This document shows positions 27,819 to 41,330 of a stretch of 64,000 bases of DNA, one piece after another (the first letter of the stretch is position 1; each line of letters starts with the position of its first letter). Origin of the DNA: the human T2T-CHM13v2.0 reference genome, Homo sapiens. Position numbers and translations under genes: made by a program. The notes below the pieces were generated by a model. It worked only from the letters and a program-made list of their open reading frames with translations, had not been told where the DNA came from and did no database searches. The stretch lies in the NCBI RefSeq assembly GCF_009914755.1, contig NC_060930.1; one strand, 5' to 3'.

Positions 27819-29023
27819 TGTAAATGAAAAATATTGGCAAATATGTCCCTAAAACTTACTTATATCATCATTGATTATATATAACGTTCTAATTTCAGAG
27901 ATGTTAATGTATGAAAAAATGTGTGTCCTAGATTCAATGAAATAAACTATGCCTTGAGTGTAGAGGGTAGATTGAGATGGCGTTATAGGTTTGGGCATTA
28001 TCGATATATGATGTGGAAATGAATGAGATCACCCAGGGAGAAGAGATCTAAGATTAGCACTTGGAGAAACATTAACATTTTATGTAGTGAGCAAAGCTCC
28101 AAGGAGGTATTTGAAAAGAAGGGACTAACTTAAGGAAGTGTAAGAACCCAGAAACAACAGAATGAAAGGATTTCAGTAACGTAGAGCAATTAATAGTGTT
28201 AAAAGTGCCATACAGGATGTATGTGTGTTCATTTTAAAGCTTGGAATCAGATTATAGAACCTCTTCTAGATGTTTGAAGGAAGTGGGTGGTTTTTGCTTT
28301 TTTCGCATTAATTGTAAATGATTTTACATGGCAGTATAACATACTAAGCAAATTATACCAAATTAGTCTATATGTCTTCAGTCTTGCTAATTTTAAATTT
28401 AAAATGTTATTGCCCACTTGTTTGTGGCAAAGGAGAAATAAAGGAATAGAATAAACTAACGTCAGTGTTTTTGTCTGTCAACTGTCTTTCAGTTTTTTAT
28501 GAGAATAATCTTAGGGTGCCTTAAGTATTCTTGCATCAATGTGCCTAATTTTATCAATGAGAAAAGTAATCCAGATAATTTACGTGATTTCCTCTTAAGT
28601 TTACACATTTAGCTAATGACAAATGCAGGAATTAAATATATTTTCTCATCCAGGTGTCCGTCAGATCTCCCATGCTGTTTCTTCCTCCTTAAATTGAAGG
28701 TGATTACTTACGGAAATTTGGTTAAATGATTTGATAACTATGCTTTGTAGCATAGAGAGAAATAAACAGCTAGTTTAGGTAATTAGTTGTGAATATAAGA
28801 GAATACAGCAAATACTGGAAAAATGGATAAATTTTTTTAAAATATAGAAAATGTCATATATATTTTTTGATTCCTTTAATTTTTAGGATATGGTATGCTT
28901 TTTTTTCTTCCATTAGCAGTCTGAAAATATAAATATGTGTGAATACCAGTTTTATTGAAAATATTGAGAGTAGCTTCATATTTTAGAGTTATATAATGTT
29001 CTGTTTATTTTTTTTTTTAATAG

Positions 29024-30387
29024 AAAAAATGAATGCACCAAATCAGCCTCCACATAAAGACACTGGAAAAACAGTGGAGAATGTGGAAGAATACAGCTAT
29101 AAGCAGGAGAAAAAGATCCGAGCAGCTCTTAGAACAACAGAGCGTGATCATAAAAAAAATGTACAGTGCTCATTCATGTTAGACTCAGTGGGTGGATCTT
29201 TGCCAAAAAAATCAATTCCAGATGTGGATCTCAATAAGCCTTACCTCAGCCTTGGCTGTAGCAATGCTAAGCTTCCAGTATCTGTGCCCATGCCTATAGC
29301 CAGACCTGCACGCCAGACTTCTAGGACTGACTGTCCAGCAGATCGTTTAAAGTTTTTTGAAACTTTACGACTTTTGCTAAAGCTTACCTCAGTCTCAAAG
29401 AAAAAAGACAGGGAGCAAAGAGGACAAGAAAATACGTCTGGTTTCTGGCTTAACCGATCTAACGAACTGATCTGGTTAGAGCTACAAGCCTGGCATGCAG
29501 GACGGACAATTAACGACCAGGACTTCTTTTTATATACAGCCCGTCAAGCCATCCCAGATATTATTAATGAAATCCTTACTTTCAAAGTCGACTATGGGAG
29601 CTTCGCCTTTGTTAGAGATAGAGCTGGTTTTAATGGTACTTCAGTAGAAGGGCAGTGCAAAGCCACTCCTGGAACAAAGATTGTAGGTTACTCAACACAT
29701 CATGAGCATCTCCAACGCCAGAGGGTCTCATTTGAGCAGGTAAAACGGATAATGGAGCTGCTAGAGTACATAGAAGCACTTTATCCATCATTGCAGGCTC
29801 TTCAGAAGGACTATGAAAAATATGCTGCAAAAGACTTCCAGGACAGGGTGCAGGCACTCTGTTTGTGGTTAAACATCACAAAAGACTTAAATCAGAAATT
29901 AAGGATTATGGGCACTGTTTTGGGCATCAAGAATTTATCAGACATTGGCTGGCCAGTGTTTGAAATCCCTTCCCCTCGACCATCCAAAGGTAATGAGCCG
30001 GAGTATGAGGGTGATGACACAGAAGGAGAATTAAAGGAGTTGGAAAGTAGTACGGATGAGAGTGAAGAAGAACAAATCTCTGATCCTAGGGTACCGGAAA
30101 TCAGACAGCCCATAGATAACAGCTTCGACATCCAGTCGCGGGACTGCATATCCAAGAAGCTTGAGAGGCTCGAATCTGAGGATGATTCTCTTGGCTGGGG
30201 AGCACCAGACTGGAGCACAGAAGCAGGCTTTAGTAGACATTGTCTGACTTCTATTTATAGACCATTTGTAGACAAAGCACTGAAGCAGATGGGGTTAAGA
30301 AAGTTAATTTTAAGACTTCACAAGCTAATGGATGGTTCCTTGCAAAGGGCACGTATAGCATTGGTAAAGAACGATCGTCCAGTGGAG
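29024..30387 (+). CDS. MAP3K4: MAP3K4 exon 3 (1364 nt; EKMNAPNQPP...KNDRPVE, ~aa 115-569), N-terminal regulatory region
   Basis: Poly-T tract + tAG acceptor at 29021-29023 and donor GAG|GTAGGT at 30387/30388. Lies inside the 468-aa ORF 28996..30402; protein recognised as MAP3K4/MTK1. Confidence 0.98.
29024..30387 (+). other. MAP3K4: circMAP3K4: single-exon circular RNA with a 455-aa circle-spanning ORF
   Basis: The back-splice junction ...GTG GAG|AAA AAA TGA gives 453+2 = 455 codons from ATG 29029, agreeing with the recalled circMAP3K4-455aa; inverted Alus flank the exon. Confidence 0.8.
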
Positions 30388-31293
30388 GTAGGTTTCCAGT
30401 AGGTATTAATACAATGATATCCTTAGTTCCATTTATTTATTGCAAATTATAATGTTGGTGTTATGTACTTTCATATTCTAATATTTTTGAACACAAATGG
30501 CAGTTATAAATTGCACATTTAAGCATTTCTGTAAAGTACTATGATTAAATAGATCTATGAAAACTGCATGAAATTTAGTGAATTAAGTGCAGGGTGGTAT
30601 GTGGAGGGAATAAGTTCAACCACGTAAATACAGGATGGCAAAGGACAGGCTGGGTATAAACAAAAATGGAAGGAAGAAAGCCATAGTCATGGATGACCAC
30701 AAGCTGCATGTGAGTCAGGAAAAAAGTCCACGTCACACTCAGGTGTTTATAAATGAATAGGGCGCCCAAGGTCAAGGAGAGAGTTCTTTCTCTATCCTTT
30801 GAAGTTGTTTTCTCTCTTTTGATTAGCATGTCAAGTTTTGGTCACTGTATTTTAAAGAGATGTAAATTATAGAGAAATGTCAGAATGATCAAGGGGAAAA
30901 AGCCAACACTATCTCGCAAGGTTAAAGTGTTCGGTGCAGGTGATGAAAGTTTAAGGGAAGTCCTGATTTTTGTCAGATATGTGTTTCGATATGTGTAGAT
31001 TTTTGTGAGAGGAATGTGCCCACTAGAGGAAGTGACTTGAAAACAGTATAGATTTGCTTTTGATAGCTTGACGTGTTATAAATTCCTTATTGTAAAGGGT
31101 GGTAATACTAGACAAGGGCATTTTGTGGGATATCATTCTTGAGAGTCCAAAATAGTACTGTACAAGTGATTTTGCTTTTCTGGTGAGTTTGCATGTTCGT
31201 CTGGCTAAAAGTGAAACCCAAATCTTTGAAATACCTTATACCCGTGTTAAGTCTGTGATTCTGAATTTTAGTAGCTGTATACATACATATGTA

Positions 31294-31623
31294 CAATCCC
31301 CTTGGTATCAGAGGTGGTTTGGTTTTGGGACTTCCCACGGATCCCAAAATCCGAAAATGCTCAAGTCCCTCATACAAAATGATGCAGTATTTGCATATAA
31401 CCAATGCACAACCTCGTATGCTTTAATCTCGAGATTATGTGTAATGCCTTATGTAATATAAATGCTGTGTAAATGGTTGTTAATACTGTATAGTTTGGGG
31501 AATAATGGCAAGAAAAAAGTTTGTACATGTTTAATACAGATGTAGTTTTTCTTCCCAAATACTTCTGATCTGCAGTTGGTTGAATTCATGGATGTGGAAC
31601 CCACGGATATGGAGAGCCAACTG
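31294..31623 (+). mobile_element. MER2 (TcMar-Tigger MITE)
   Basis: cccttggtatc...tgctcaagtccct...gaacccacggatatggagagccaactg; terminal inverted repeats flanked by TA. Confidence 0.85.
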
Positions 31624-32036
31624 TATATACTTGTTATTTTTATTTTTTTAACTTCATTTTTTTTTTACACAGCCTGGCTTGCTTTAAATTCATTAACGAT
31701 AAACAACTTGGAAACTATGGAAAACACCTGAAGAGAACTTGAGTTTGCAAGATTTTAATTTTTTATTCTGACAGCCGGATTATGAGCCCTTAGGAGGAAC
31801 GGGTTAAGCATTCACATAAATTCAGGAAGATGTTTACAACATGAACCAGTGCTTTGTAGCTATATTTTAAGAGATTTACTTTGAATATTATTTTGATTAG
31901 AAATCTTAAACATGAATGGCTGGAGTGGTTTAATTTCATTAAGGACATATGTTGGTAAGACAGGATTGATGTTTAATTTGTATCGTGACCACTGGTTTTG
32001 AAGTAACATGAGTGAAGAAAAAAGTCCTGGCAGTAC

Positions 32037-32457
32037 CAACATCCCTTGGTATCTCATCCCAGGGGGATTTGTTCCAGGACCCCCATGGACACTCAAATCC
32101 TTGGATGCTCCAGTCCCTCATATAAAATGGTGTAGTATTTACATACAACCTATGTGCATCCTCCTGTATGCTTTAAATCATCTATAGATTACTTATAATA
32201 CCTAATACAATGTAAATGCTGTGTAAATAGTTGTTATACTGTATCTTTTTTGTTTGTATTATTACTATTACTGTTTTAGAGACAAGATCTCACTACGTTG
32301 CCCAGGCTGGACTCAAACTCGTGGGCTAAAACAGTCCTCCTGCCTTAGCCTCCTGAGTAGCTTGTATTACTTTTTATTGTTGTATTCTTATTTTTAATGT
32401 TTTTTCAAACATTCTTGATCTGCGGATGCATATCCCAGGGTTTCAGAGGGCCGACTG
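32037..32457 (+). mobile_element. Second MER2, interrupted by an Alu monomer fragment
   Basis: ccaggacccccatggacactcaaatcc...tttaaatcatctatagattacttataatacctaatac...gagggccgactg. Confidence 0.85.
32274..32369 (-). mobile_element. FLAM/Alu fragment nested in MER2
   Basis: ttttagagacaagatctcactacgttgcccaggctgg. Confidence 0.75.
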
Positions 32458-33417
32458 TATAACCTCACCTCTAATTCAGTGGTTCTTATAGGAGAGCAGC
32501 ACATGAGAAGAGGCCACGGTGGGGCGGGGGTGAGTTGGACATGTCGGGCTTCCGTAAACTGCTTCACCCACCCTCCCTCCCCAAATTGTCTTCCTTCCTC
32601 TCCAGGCTCTTCGTGGTGATTAACTATTGCTACTAATGAGGATTGTATCCCTTAGATATGTTATAGCAAGAAAAGATTGAGAACACGTGCCCTACATCTT
32701 ATATTAGAACTCATGTTGAAAAAAGACAGTAATAGTTTCCCCAGAGTTCTGAATTCTCATCTGAGTTGTAGTTCTTTGGTTTGACCAATTGAGATTTCGC
32801 TGAAGAGGTCATCTTTGTTATAGAAGAAAAGAAACACGAATTCAAAGTTTATAAGGTATATAACTGAAAGACTTTATTAGAATTTTGTGTAGGTTGTTTG
32901 CTTTTCAAAAAATGAACTACAGAAGCCCCTGTTGTTTTAAATTTTGGTTCATAAGATGCTAAGTGTTCATCAGATAATGAAAGAGTAACAGAGAGCGAAA
33001 GTGGGACTTCTTCAGTATTGGGGATTAATCCAAACTAACAAAAGATAAGGCTCTACAATTCTAATTAACTTAGTGGGAAAGTAAGATTTTATTTTTATTC
33101 CCACTTTAGGAACATAATTTCTATAAAGGGAGGCGTGTGTGTGTGCGTGCTTGTGTGTGTATGTGTGTGAATATGTGTACAGTCCCCCACTCCCAGGTTT
33201 GTTTTAGTCGTTTTATTTGGTATGTCAGGAAAAGAGTCACAATTTTGAAGTCCATTAACTGGGTTTCATTTCTCACTGTGACCCTTTCTTACCATAGAAC
33301 GTTGTGGATAGGAATCTTTCTGACTCGAAGCCTTTGCATTTATAGAGTGGGTATAATACTACCTTCTTACCTACCTCACAAGGTGGTTGTTGTGAGGCTG
33401 AAAAAGATAGGCGGTAA

Positions 33418-33794
33418 GTGGTGTTTTCATTCCCACACTGCTATAAAGAAATGCCTGAGACTGGGTAATTAATAAAGAAAAGAGGTTTAATTGGCTTATG
33501 GTCCCACAGATTGTATAGGAAGCATGGCAGGCAACATCAGCTTCTGGGGAGGCCTCAGGGAGCTATAGTCATGATGGAAGGCAAAGCCAGAGCAGGCACT
33601 TCTCATGGCTGGAGCACGGGCAGGGTGAAGGTGCTCCATTCTTTTAAACAACCAGATCTCTTGACAGCTCACTCACCATCATGAGAACAGCACCAATGGG
33701 ATGGTACTAAACGGTCACCTCCCACCAGGCCCCACCCCCAACATTGGGGATTACTATTCAACATAGGGTGGGGACACAGATCCACATCTTATCA
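33418..33794. mobile_element. MSTA-like MaLR solo LTR
   Basis: cactgctataaagaaatgcctgagactgggtaatt...cccaccaggccccacccccaacattggggatta. Confidence 0.85.
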
Positions 33795-33973
33795 AATGGT
33801 AAAATGCTCTACAAATCAACCATAAACTTTTAGAAGTTTTATTACTTTTTCTTCCTTGAAGCTAACTGTAAATCCATATGGGTGCAACTGTATTTTTATT
33901 TTTAAGATATCTTCTGCCTTTTAACCTCTGCCAAATAATTGTACATTTTAAGGGCATACATTTTAGGCAGTAA

Positions 33974-34413
<440 letters not shown>

Positions 34414-34570
34414 TGAAGGATTTTGTAGAAAAGAAGAAATACACGTGATGTTTGATTTTTCTTATCTATGTCTTTATATATTTTTTGATTACGTTACTTA
34501 TAACCAGTGTTTGCAAAGCACATGTGATCTTACATTTAATTTCCCTTTGTAAGCATGCTTTACAAAATAA

Positions 34571-34878
<308 letters not shown>

Positions 34879-35794
34879 TAAAACTTTATTAATATTTCAA
34901 AATATTTTAAAAGAACTGAACTAGCAATACTAAAAAAAAATCTGTTTGCAGTTTGTTTTCATAATATGAATGCCATAAATGCCTTTAATGATTTGTTCAA
35001 AATTATATGAAGTTGTAGCTCTGTACCTTCTGTAAATTGATTTCCTCAGGACACATTTCTAGTTACATAGGCAGTCTCTAATTGAAACAAATGGATTAGT
35101 TTCCAGAGTCCACTTGAATAGGCAGTTGTTTGGGATCTTGAAAATACTTATCTATAGAAACAGTGTTGTAAATAAGAGAGTCTCAGATTATCAAATGAAA
35201 CTTATTTAAATCCATGTAACTGAACTAATAATACCAGCTGCAGTTTTATCCTGGCTGTAAGGACTACCATGATGGGAAAAAATAAGAGGAAACCTTACCC
35301 TCCCCCATATCCATTTGTGGACCCAGATACAATCCAAGATCTTTTTTATATTTTCTCATTTATCTTCTTCTTCTCTTATTCCATTGCTGTTTAGAACATC
35401 CCAGGATCTTATTGTTTGTACTTATTTTTCCACCTTGCTGTAATACCAGTTCTTCTAGTCTGAGTATTGTTGATCTTGGGTCTTAGGGATGAATGTATCA
35501 GCCATTTCATAATGTATCATGGTCTCTCAATGACAGGGATTGTCTTGCCTCCAACTCTTGCTCCTCTTTCATTAGATGTGCTTGTATGGTGACCCTTCCC
35601 AACCCTGCTTAAAAGTTAACAAGAGTCATCTCAGCAGTCCAGTAGTTTCCAGGTGTCCTTCCCAGCAGTTACTGTAGCTAAGGATGGGTTTTGTAATACT
35701 ATTTACAGTTCAATTTAGCTTAGAAATTAAGACCAAGTAAACATATATAAAAGATTTATCCTTAATATCAAAACTACTGCATACAATTGTATTT

Positions 35795-37330
35795 TTTAGA
35801 GCAAACTTTTCATCTTGGAATAATATCAGATTGATAGAAAATTTGCAAAGATAGTACAGAATTCTTATATGCTCTTCATCCAGCACGCCTTAATATTGAC
35901 TTCTCACTTACCCAATACATTTGTTAAAACTAATATATTAACATTGATACAAAGTGCTGTTAACTAAACTACAGACTTTTATTTGGATTTCCCACTTTTT
36001 CTAATAATTCCCTTTTCTGTTCTAGGAACCAGTCGAGGACACCACATTGCATTTAATTGTCATGTCCATGAATCTGGATTTGTCTGATATGTTCTCATGA
36101 TTAGACTGGGGTGATGGGGCTTGGGAATGGATGCCACAGAGTTGAAATGCCCTAGTCGCATTACATTGTCACTGTTGATGTTAACCTTGATCACTTGGTT
36201 AAGGTGGTGTCTGCTAGGTTTCTCCAGGAGTTACTATTTTTTCCTTTCCATACTCCAATTCTTTGGAAGTAAGTCACCACACACAACCCACTCTCAAGGG
36301 GAGGGAAATTAATCTCTACCTCCTGGAAGGGGGAGTATCTAATGTATTATTTGGAATTTCTCCAGATGGAAGTTTTGCTTCTTCTCATTTATTTGGCCAT
36401 TTATATCAGTATGGACTCATAAATGTTTGCTGTTGTTTTTACTTTGAATTATAATCCAGTACCATTGTTACTGATTTTGTTGCTCAGGCTGTTCTTGTTT
36501 TAGCCCATTGGAGCTCTTTCAGTTGCCTTCTGTGTCGTTTGATATGCTCCCCTCTTTTGTTGTATTATTTTCCTTTTGATTTGCTTTTTGAATCATTTCT
36601 TACTTTCTGGCACCACAAGATGCTCTGGGCTTGTCTTGTATTTTCCCTCGTTCTGTCCTAGGATCAGCCATTTCTCCAAGGAGCTCTGGTTCCTTTTACT
36701 GGATAATTGTATTTAGAAATGAAGATGTGGGCACTGGGTGTGTTCGGTGCTGTTGGGGTGTCATTGCTTTTAGGCCTTCTCAGTGATAGAATTAGAACGT
36801 ACAGGTATGTCTTCTAACCTGTGTATACACACAGATTTATAATTCCCTATCTAAAATAATCATGAGTTCATACTGATGTCTTTCGCTCTGATTCAGCACA
36901 AGGTTCATTCCGACTTTCCTCCCTTGCTTATCTGTAACTTACTTCTCTTATAGTGAGAAACCTGGCTACCATTACTACAATTAATTACATGTTTGTTCAA
37001 CCCTACCATACGTGTAAAGTAGTTTCAGAATTGCTAACCAGTACCCCTGTGAGGAATAAATTTATCAACTAGGGTGTAGTGTTTCAGTCAAGTTCCTTTT
37101 GTCTTTAGCCTTTTATAGTCAAAACACTATTCTCCAAAGTAACTTAGGTCAGCACCTTTTTCCTTCACCTTCCTCAGTGAGGTGGTATCATACTTTTGTA
37201 ATTTAATTAGATTCATTTATTTCATCTGCGTTGCATCCTGGGATCCTCCAAAATCCTGATTGACTTTTTAAAATGTGCATACTCTAAAGTTCACTCTGTA
37301 ATATATAGTTCTATGGGTTTTGTGCAATTT
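35795..37330 (-). mobile_element. Old L1 (L1MC-type) 3' region
   Basis: ttgcaaagatagtacagaattc, taactaaactacagacttt and atcagccatttctccaaggagc motifs. Confidence 0.7.
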
Positions 37331-38589
37331 AAAATGTTAAATACAAAATACTGTAATATGGTTATTTTGTGCTCCTCCTTTTTGATTTCCTTATGAACTT
37401 TATTTTCAGAAGAATAAGATGAATATATTGTAATGTAATGTACAAAATGTATAATTGTCTGACTTTGTTGCCTCAAATACTGGGAATATTTTTGTTTTGA
37501 TTACTGTCTTAATTGCTTTCTTTAGAATTAGAAACGATCATGTAGTTATTATAAATTTAATGGCCAATGAAATACTCTTTGTGTTTGGATTCTAACAATA
37601 GTTGTGCTAATTTTTTCCTGTACACACAGGAAACACTGAAGAGGTTGCCGTTTATATTCAAAGCAGACAAAGCATGTAGAAACTAGGAAATCAATAACAG
37701 CAGCTACCATTTATTGACTCTCACAGTGTTCCAGACTCAACAACCCTGTGAGGTGGTGCATTTTCCAAATGCAGAAACCAGTTTAGGTACAGTAGATAAC
37801 TTTCACAAAAATCACAGAGCTGTAGATTGTTAGAGGGATTCAAATTCAGGATTCTGGGATACCAGACTTTATCCTACATGGTTTCCAAACCTGGCTGCAC
37901 CTCAGCATTACCTAGAGGGCTTTTAAAAATACGTGTGCCTAGCCATTCTGAGAGTAGGACAAGTCAGAATCTCCCAGTGGGGGACACGAGCACTGACATT
38001 GTAAACAAACCTCCTGTGTGCCTCACGTGAAGCTAGACCAGCAACAGTGTAGTTCTGGTACTCACTGGAAACACTGATTAGGCTCCAGTGCTCTTCCGCC
38101 CCATGCCTTTAAGATCATGCTGCTTAATACAGTTGTTAGAGTTAACTTATTACTTGTTTCAATCATTCCCTGTCTGATTTCATAAGATTACAAGAACTTT
38201 GTAATTGAATGACACACTAACAAGCACATACTTGCTCATTTGCCTTTAGGTTTTCTGTTTTCTTAAACATACAAACATACAAAGGAAAGTAGGAAGTTGT
38301 GTACATTATTTTGGACTATAGTGAGCAAACCGACTCAAACTGATGTAATATCACAGGTAGGATAGAAGTCATCAACTTTGAGCTGAGAACTGGATCCCGT
38401 GATAACAACAGCACAATAGTAATATTGAGAAGACTAGTAGCTAGCATTAACTGAACACTCGCTACATGCCGGGGCAAGGAAGAGGGCTAAGTAACTTGAT
38501 CAGGTCACAAATCTAGAAAGTGGCAGAGCCAGGATATGAACCCAGAGCTCTGGCTGTAAAGCCATGTATGCTCTTGACAGTGTACAGTC

Positions 38590-38857
38590 TCCCAAAGTTA
38601 CATTTTGTCCCACACAGTGTTTTAAATATTTTTTTTGACTTAGTGTCTAATATTTTTAAATGGGAAAATCCAGATTTTGGGTTTTCCTAGAAATACTGGG
38701 AAGTCTGTCAACACTGGGTCCACATTCCCACATGACCAGCAGCATAAGGGCTCCAGGTTACCACAGTATCCATCATTTGTCTTATGGCCACCCAAGTACA
38801 CCTGTTTACATGACTTACTGGGCCTGTGTAGAAATTGCAGTTTGTGATAGGATCCCA
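38590..38857. mobile_element. MER102-like hAT-Charlie remnant
   Basis: caacactgggtccacattcccacatg...gcagtttgtga. Confidence 0.55.
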
Positions 38858-39550
38858 GTATAGAATCACAGAAACTGACTTTTGAAGGGTAATGTAAAGG
38901 CTATTTGTATCTAACACTTTTTTAAAAAACAGTATGCTTTTGTTTTATTTATTGGAGTATATTTTTGAAGTCCCTGTCCTCTGTCACTGCTCAGAGTAAT
39001 TATCATCTGGTTTATATTTTCTAGAGTTTTTTGTGATTCTATAAATTATGTCTTTGTTATGTAACACATGTAATTTTTTACAACAAATGTGATAATGCTA
39101 TACATAATCCTACTACAACTTGAAGGGTTTCCCCCGTGTTGTCTACTTTGGATCTGTCCTTGTAGATATATATATATATATATAGCTCTCGTTGTTAAAT
39201 TCCATTTAACAACTACATGATATTCCATTCTATGAATGTACCATAACTTATTTAATTATTTCACTCTTGATGGAAATGTAATTTTTTTGCTTGTGTAAAC
39301 AATGTAGCCACAGACATTCTTGTACACACCCCTTTATGAACTTATTCTGTTGTTTTTGTAAGAATGCTTAATTGAAGTGGAATTGTTAGGTCATGGGGTA
39401 TATGCACATTCACATCTTTGATATGTATTGCCAAATTGCTCTCCAAAAAGACTATACTAATTTATACTTAAAACAGTGCAGGAGAAATTTGATTTTTCCT
39501 CATTTTTATAACCATGATCAGCAAAAAATGTTATTTCATTGATTGATTGA

Positions 39551-39847
<297 letters not shown>

Positions 39848-41013
39848 TAAATCTTTCTCTTCATTTCTAGTGACACTGAGCCTGTTTTTCATGTTTATTG
39901 GCCATTTGCATGTCTTTTCGTTTGCTTATTTATTTTGCTCATTTTCTGTTAGGCTGCCTTTCTATTATTGATCTGTTGGAACTATTTATGAATTTTATTC
40001 ATTTTTCTATGATGGTTGTAAATACTTCTTTCAATTTGCCTTTTAACTTGTTTAGGATACTTAACACTGTATAGAAATTTCACATTTTTATATAGTCATG
40101 TCTGTTGTTATTTTATGACTACCTTATTTTATTTGTACTCAGAGATTATTTTAAAATTTTATAATTGTCATGGTTTTCTTTTTACACTTTGAATCAGTTT
40201 GCAAATAATGTCCATGTGTTATCATTGTTCATTATATTTCTAAAGTGTTTTAGTCTGTAGATTCCCCCTGCCTTTTTTTTTTTTGCCATATATGAAGAAG
40301 CAGGGTCATTTATCCTGTAGGGTCTGAATTTTTATGATTGTATCCCAGTTGCCCCACATGTTTCTATTTTCTGTGTCTTCTCTGTGAATTGGCTGTAAAA
40401 TAGAGTGGCTTGATCAAATTCAGGATTTTTTAATTGGTTGGTTGTATTAACACTACTTTCCCAGGACACACACATATCTGACTATTTGTGCCATTAGTAG
40501 TAGTTGATGAACATTGCCTAGATTCCTTAATACATTAAGGGCTGAAAAGTGAGGATATTCTAATTCTCTCATTTCTTCTTCATTTATTAGCTTCTTTATT
40601 ATTCATTTCATTTATTAGATATTGCTATAAGGATAAACTTTTCCTCACCTATTATATGGTTACTTAGTGGAATAGTTGACACAAATGGCAAGATTAATGT
40701 GCTTGATTCTTTACCTTTTATTTACTATTTTTTAAAATAATGATGTGGTTTATTGATGACTAATTAGTGTTATTAGTATGATTTTGAACTCATGAATTTA
40801 AACATATTTGGTATGTTTCAATCCATGGATGTCATTAATGTATTGAAGTAATTATTGTAATTAATGTTCACGTCCCATCTTTGGACAATGGGAACATATT
40901 CAATTGGCTTGACTCCTTTTTTCACAGTCCTTTGATAGCTTCCATGTTATTTAGTGTAACTGGCTATCCTAGGCTGACATTGTATATCTGTTCCAGGTTG
41001 AGAGTCAGATATG

Positions 41014-41330
41014 TTTTGTTTTCTTTTTCTTTTTTTTTTTTTTTTTTTGAGAAGGAGTGTCACTCTTTTGCCCAGGCTAGAGTGCAGTGGCGTGATCTTG
41101 GCTCACTGCAACCTGTGTCTCCCTGGCTCAAGTGGTTCTCGTGCCTCAGCCTCCTGAGTAGCTGGGATTACAGGCATGCGCCACCACGCCCAGGTAATTT
41201 TTTGTATTTTTAGTAGAGACGGGTTTACACCATGTTGGCCAGCCCGGTCTCAAACTCTGACCTCAAGTGATCTGCCGGCCTCGGCCTCCCAGAGTGCTGA
41301 GATTACAGGCACGAGCCACCGCGCCCGGCC
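41014..41330 (-). mobile_element. Alu (AluS)
   Basis: Full antisense dimer with a long T tract. Confidence 0.92.

Noticed and set aside
28996-29023. N-terminal extension MFCLFFFLI of the 468-aa ORF
   Set aside because: It is the intronic polypyrimidine tract and acceptor of exon 3, not a start region.
29630-30240. Antisense ORFs of 69-108 aa over exon 3
   Set aside because: Shadow ORFs of a coding exon, with no independent support.
35030-35310. Segment with a 3'UTR-like appearance (possible retrocopy)
   Set aside because: No poly-A tail, TSD or identifiable parent gene; a BLAST search would be needed.
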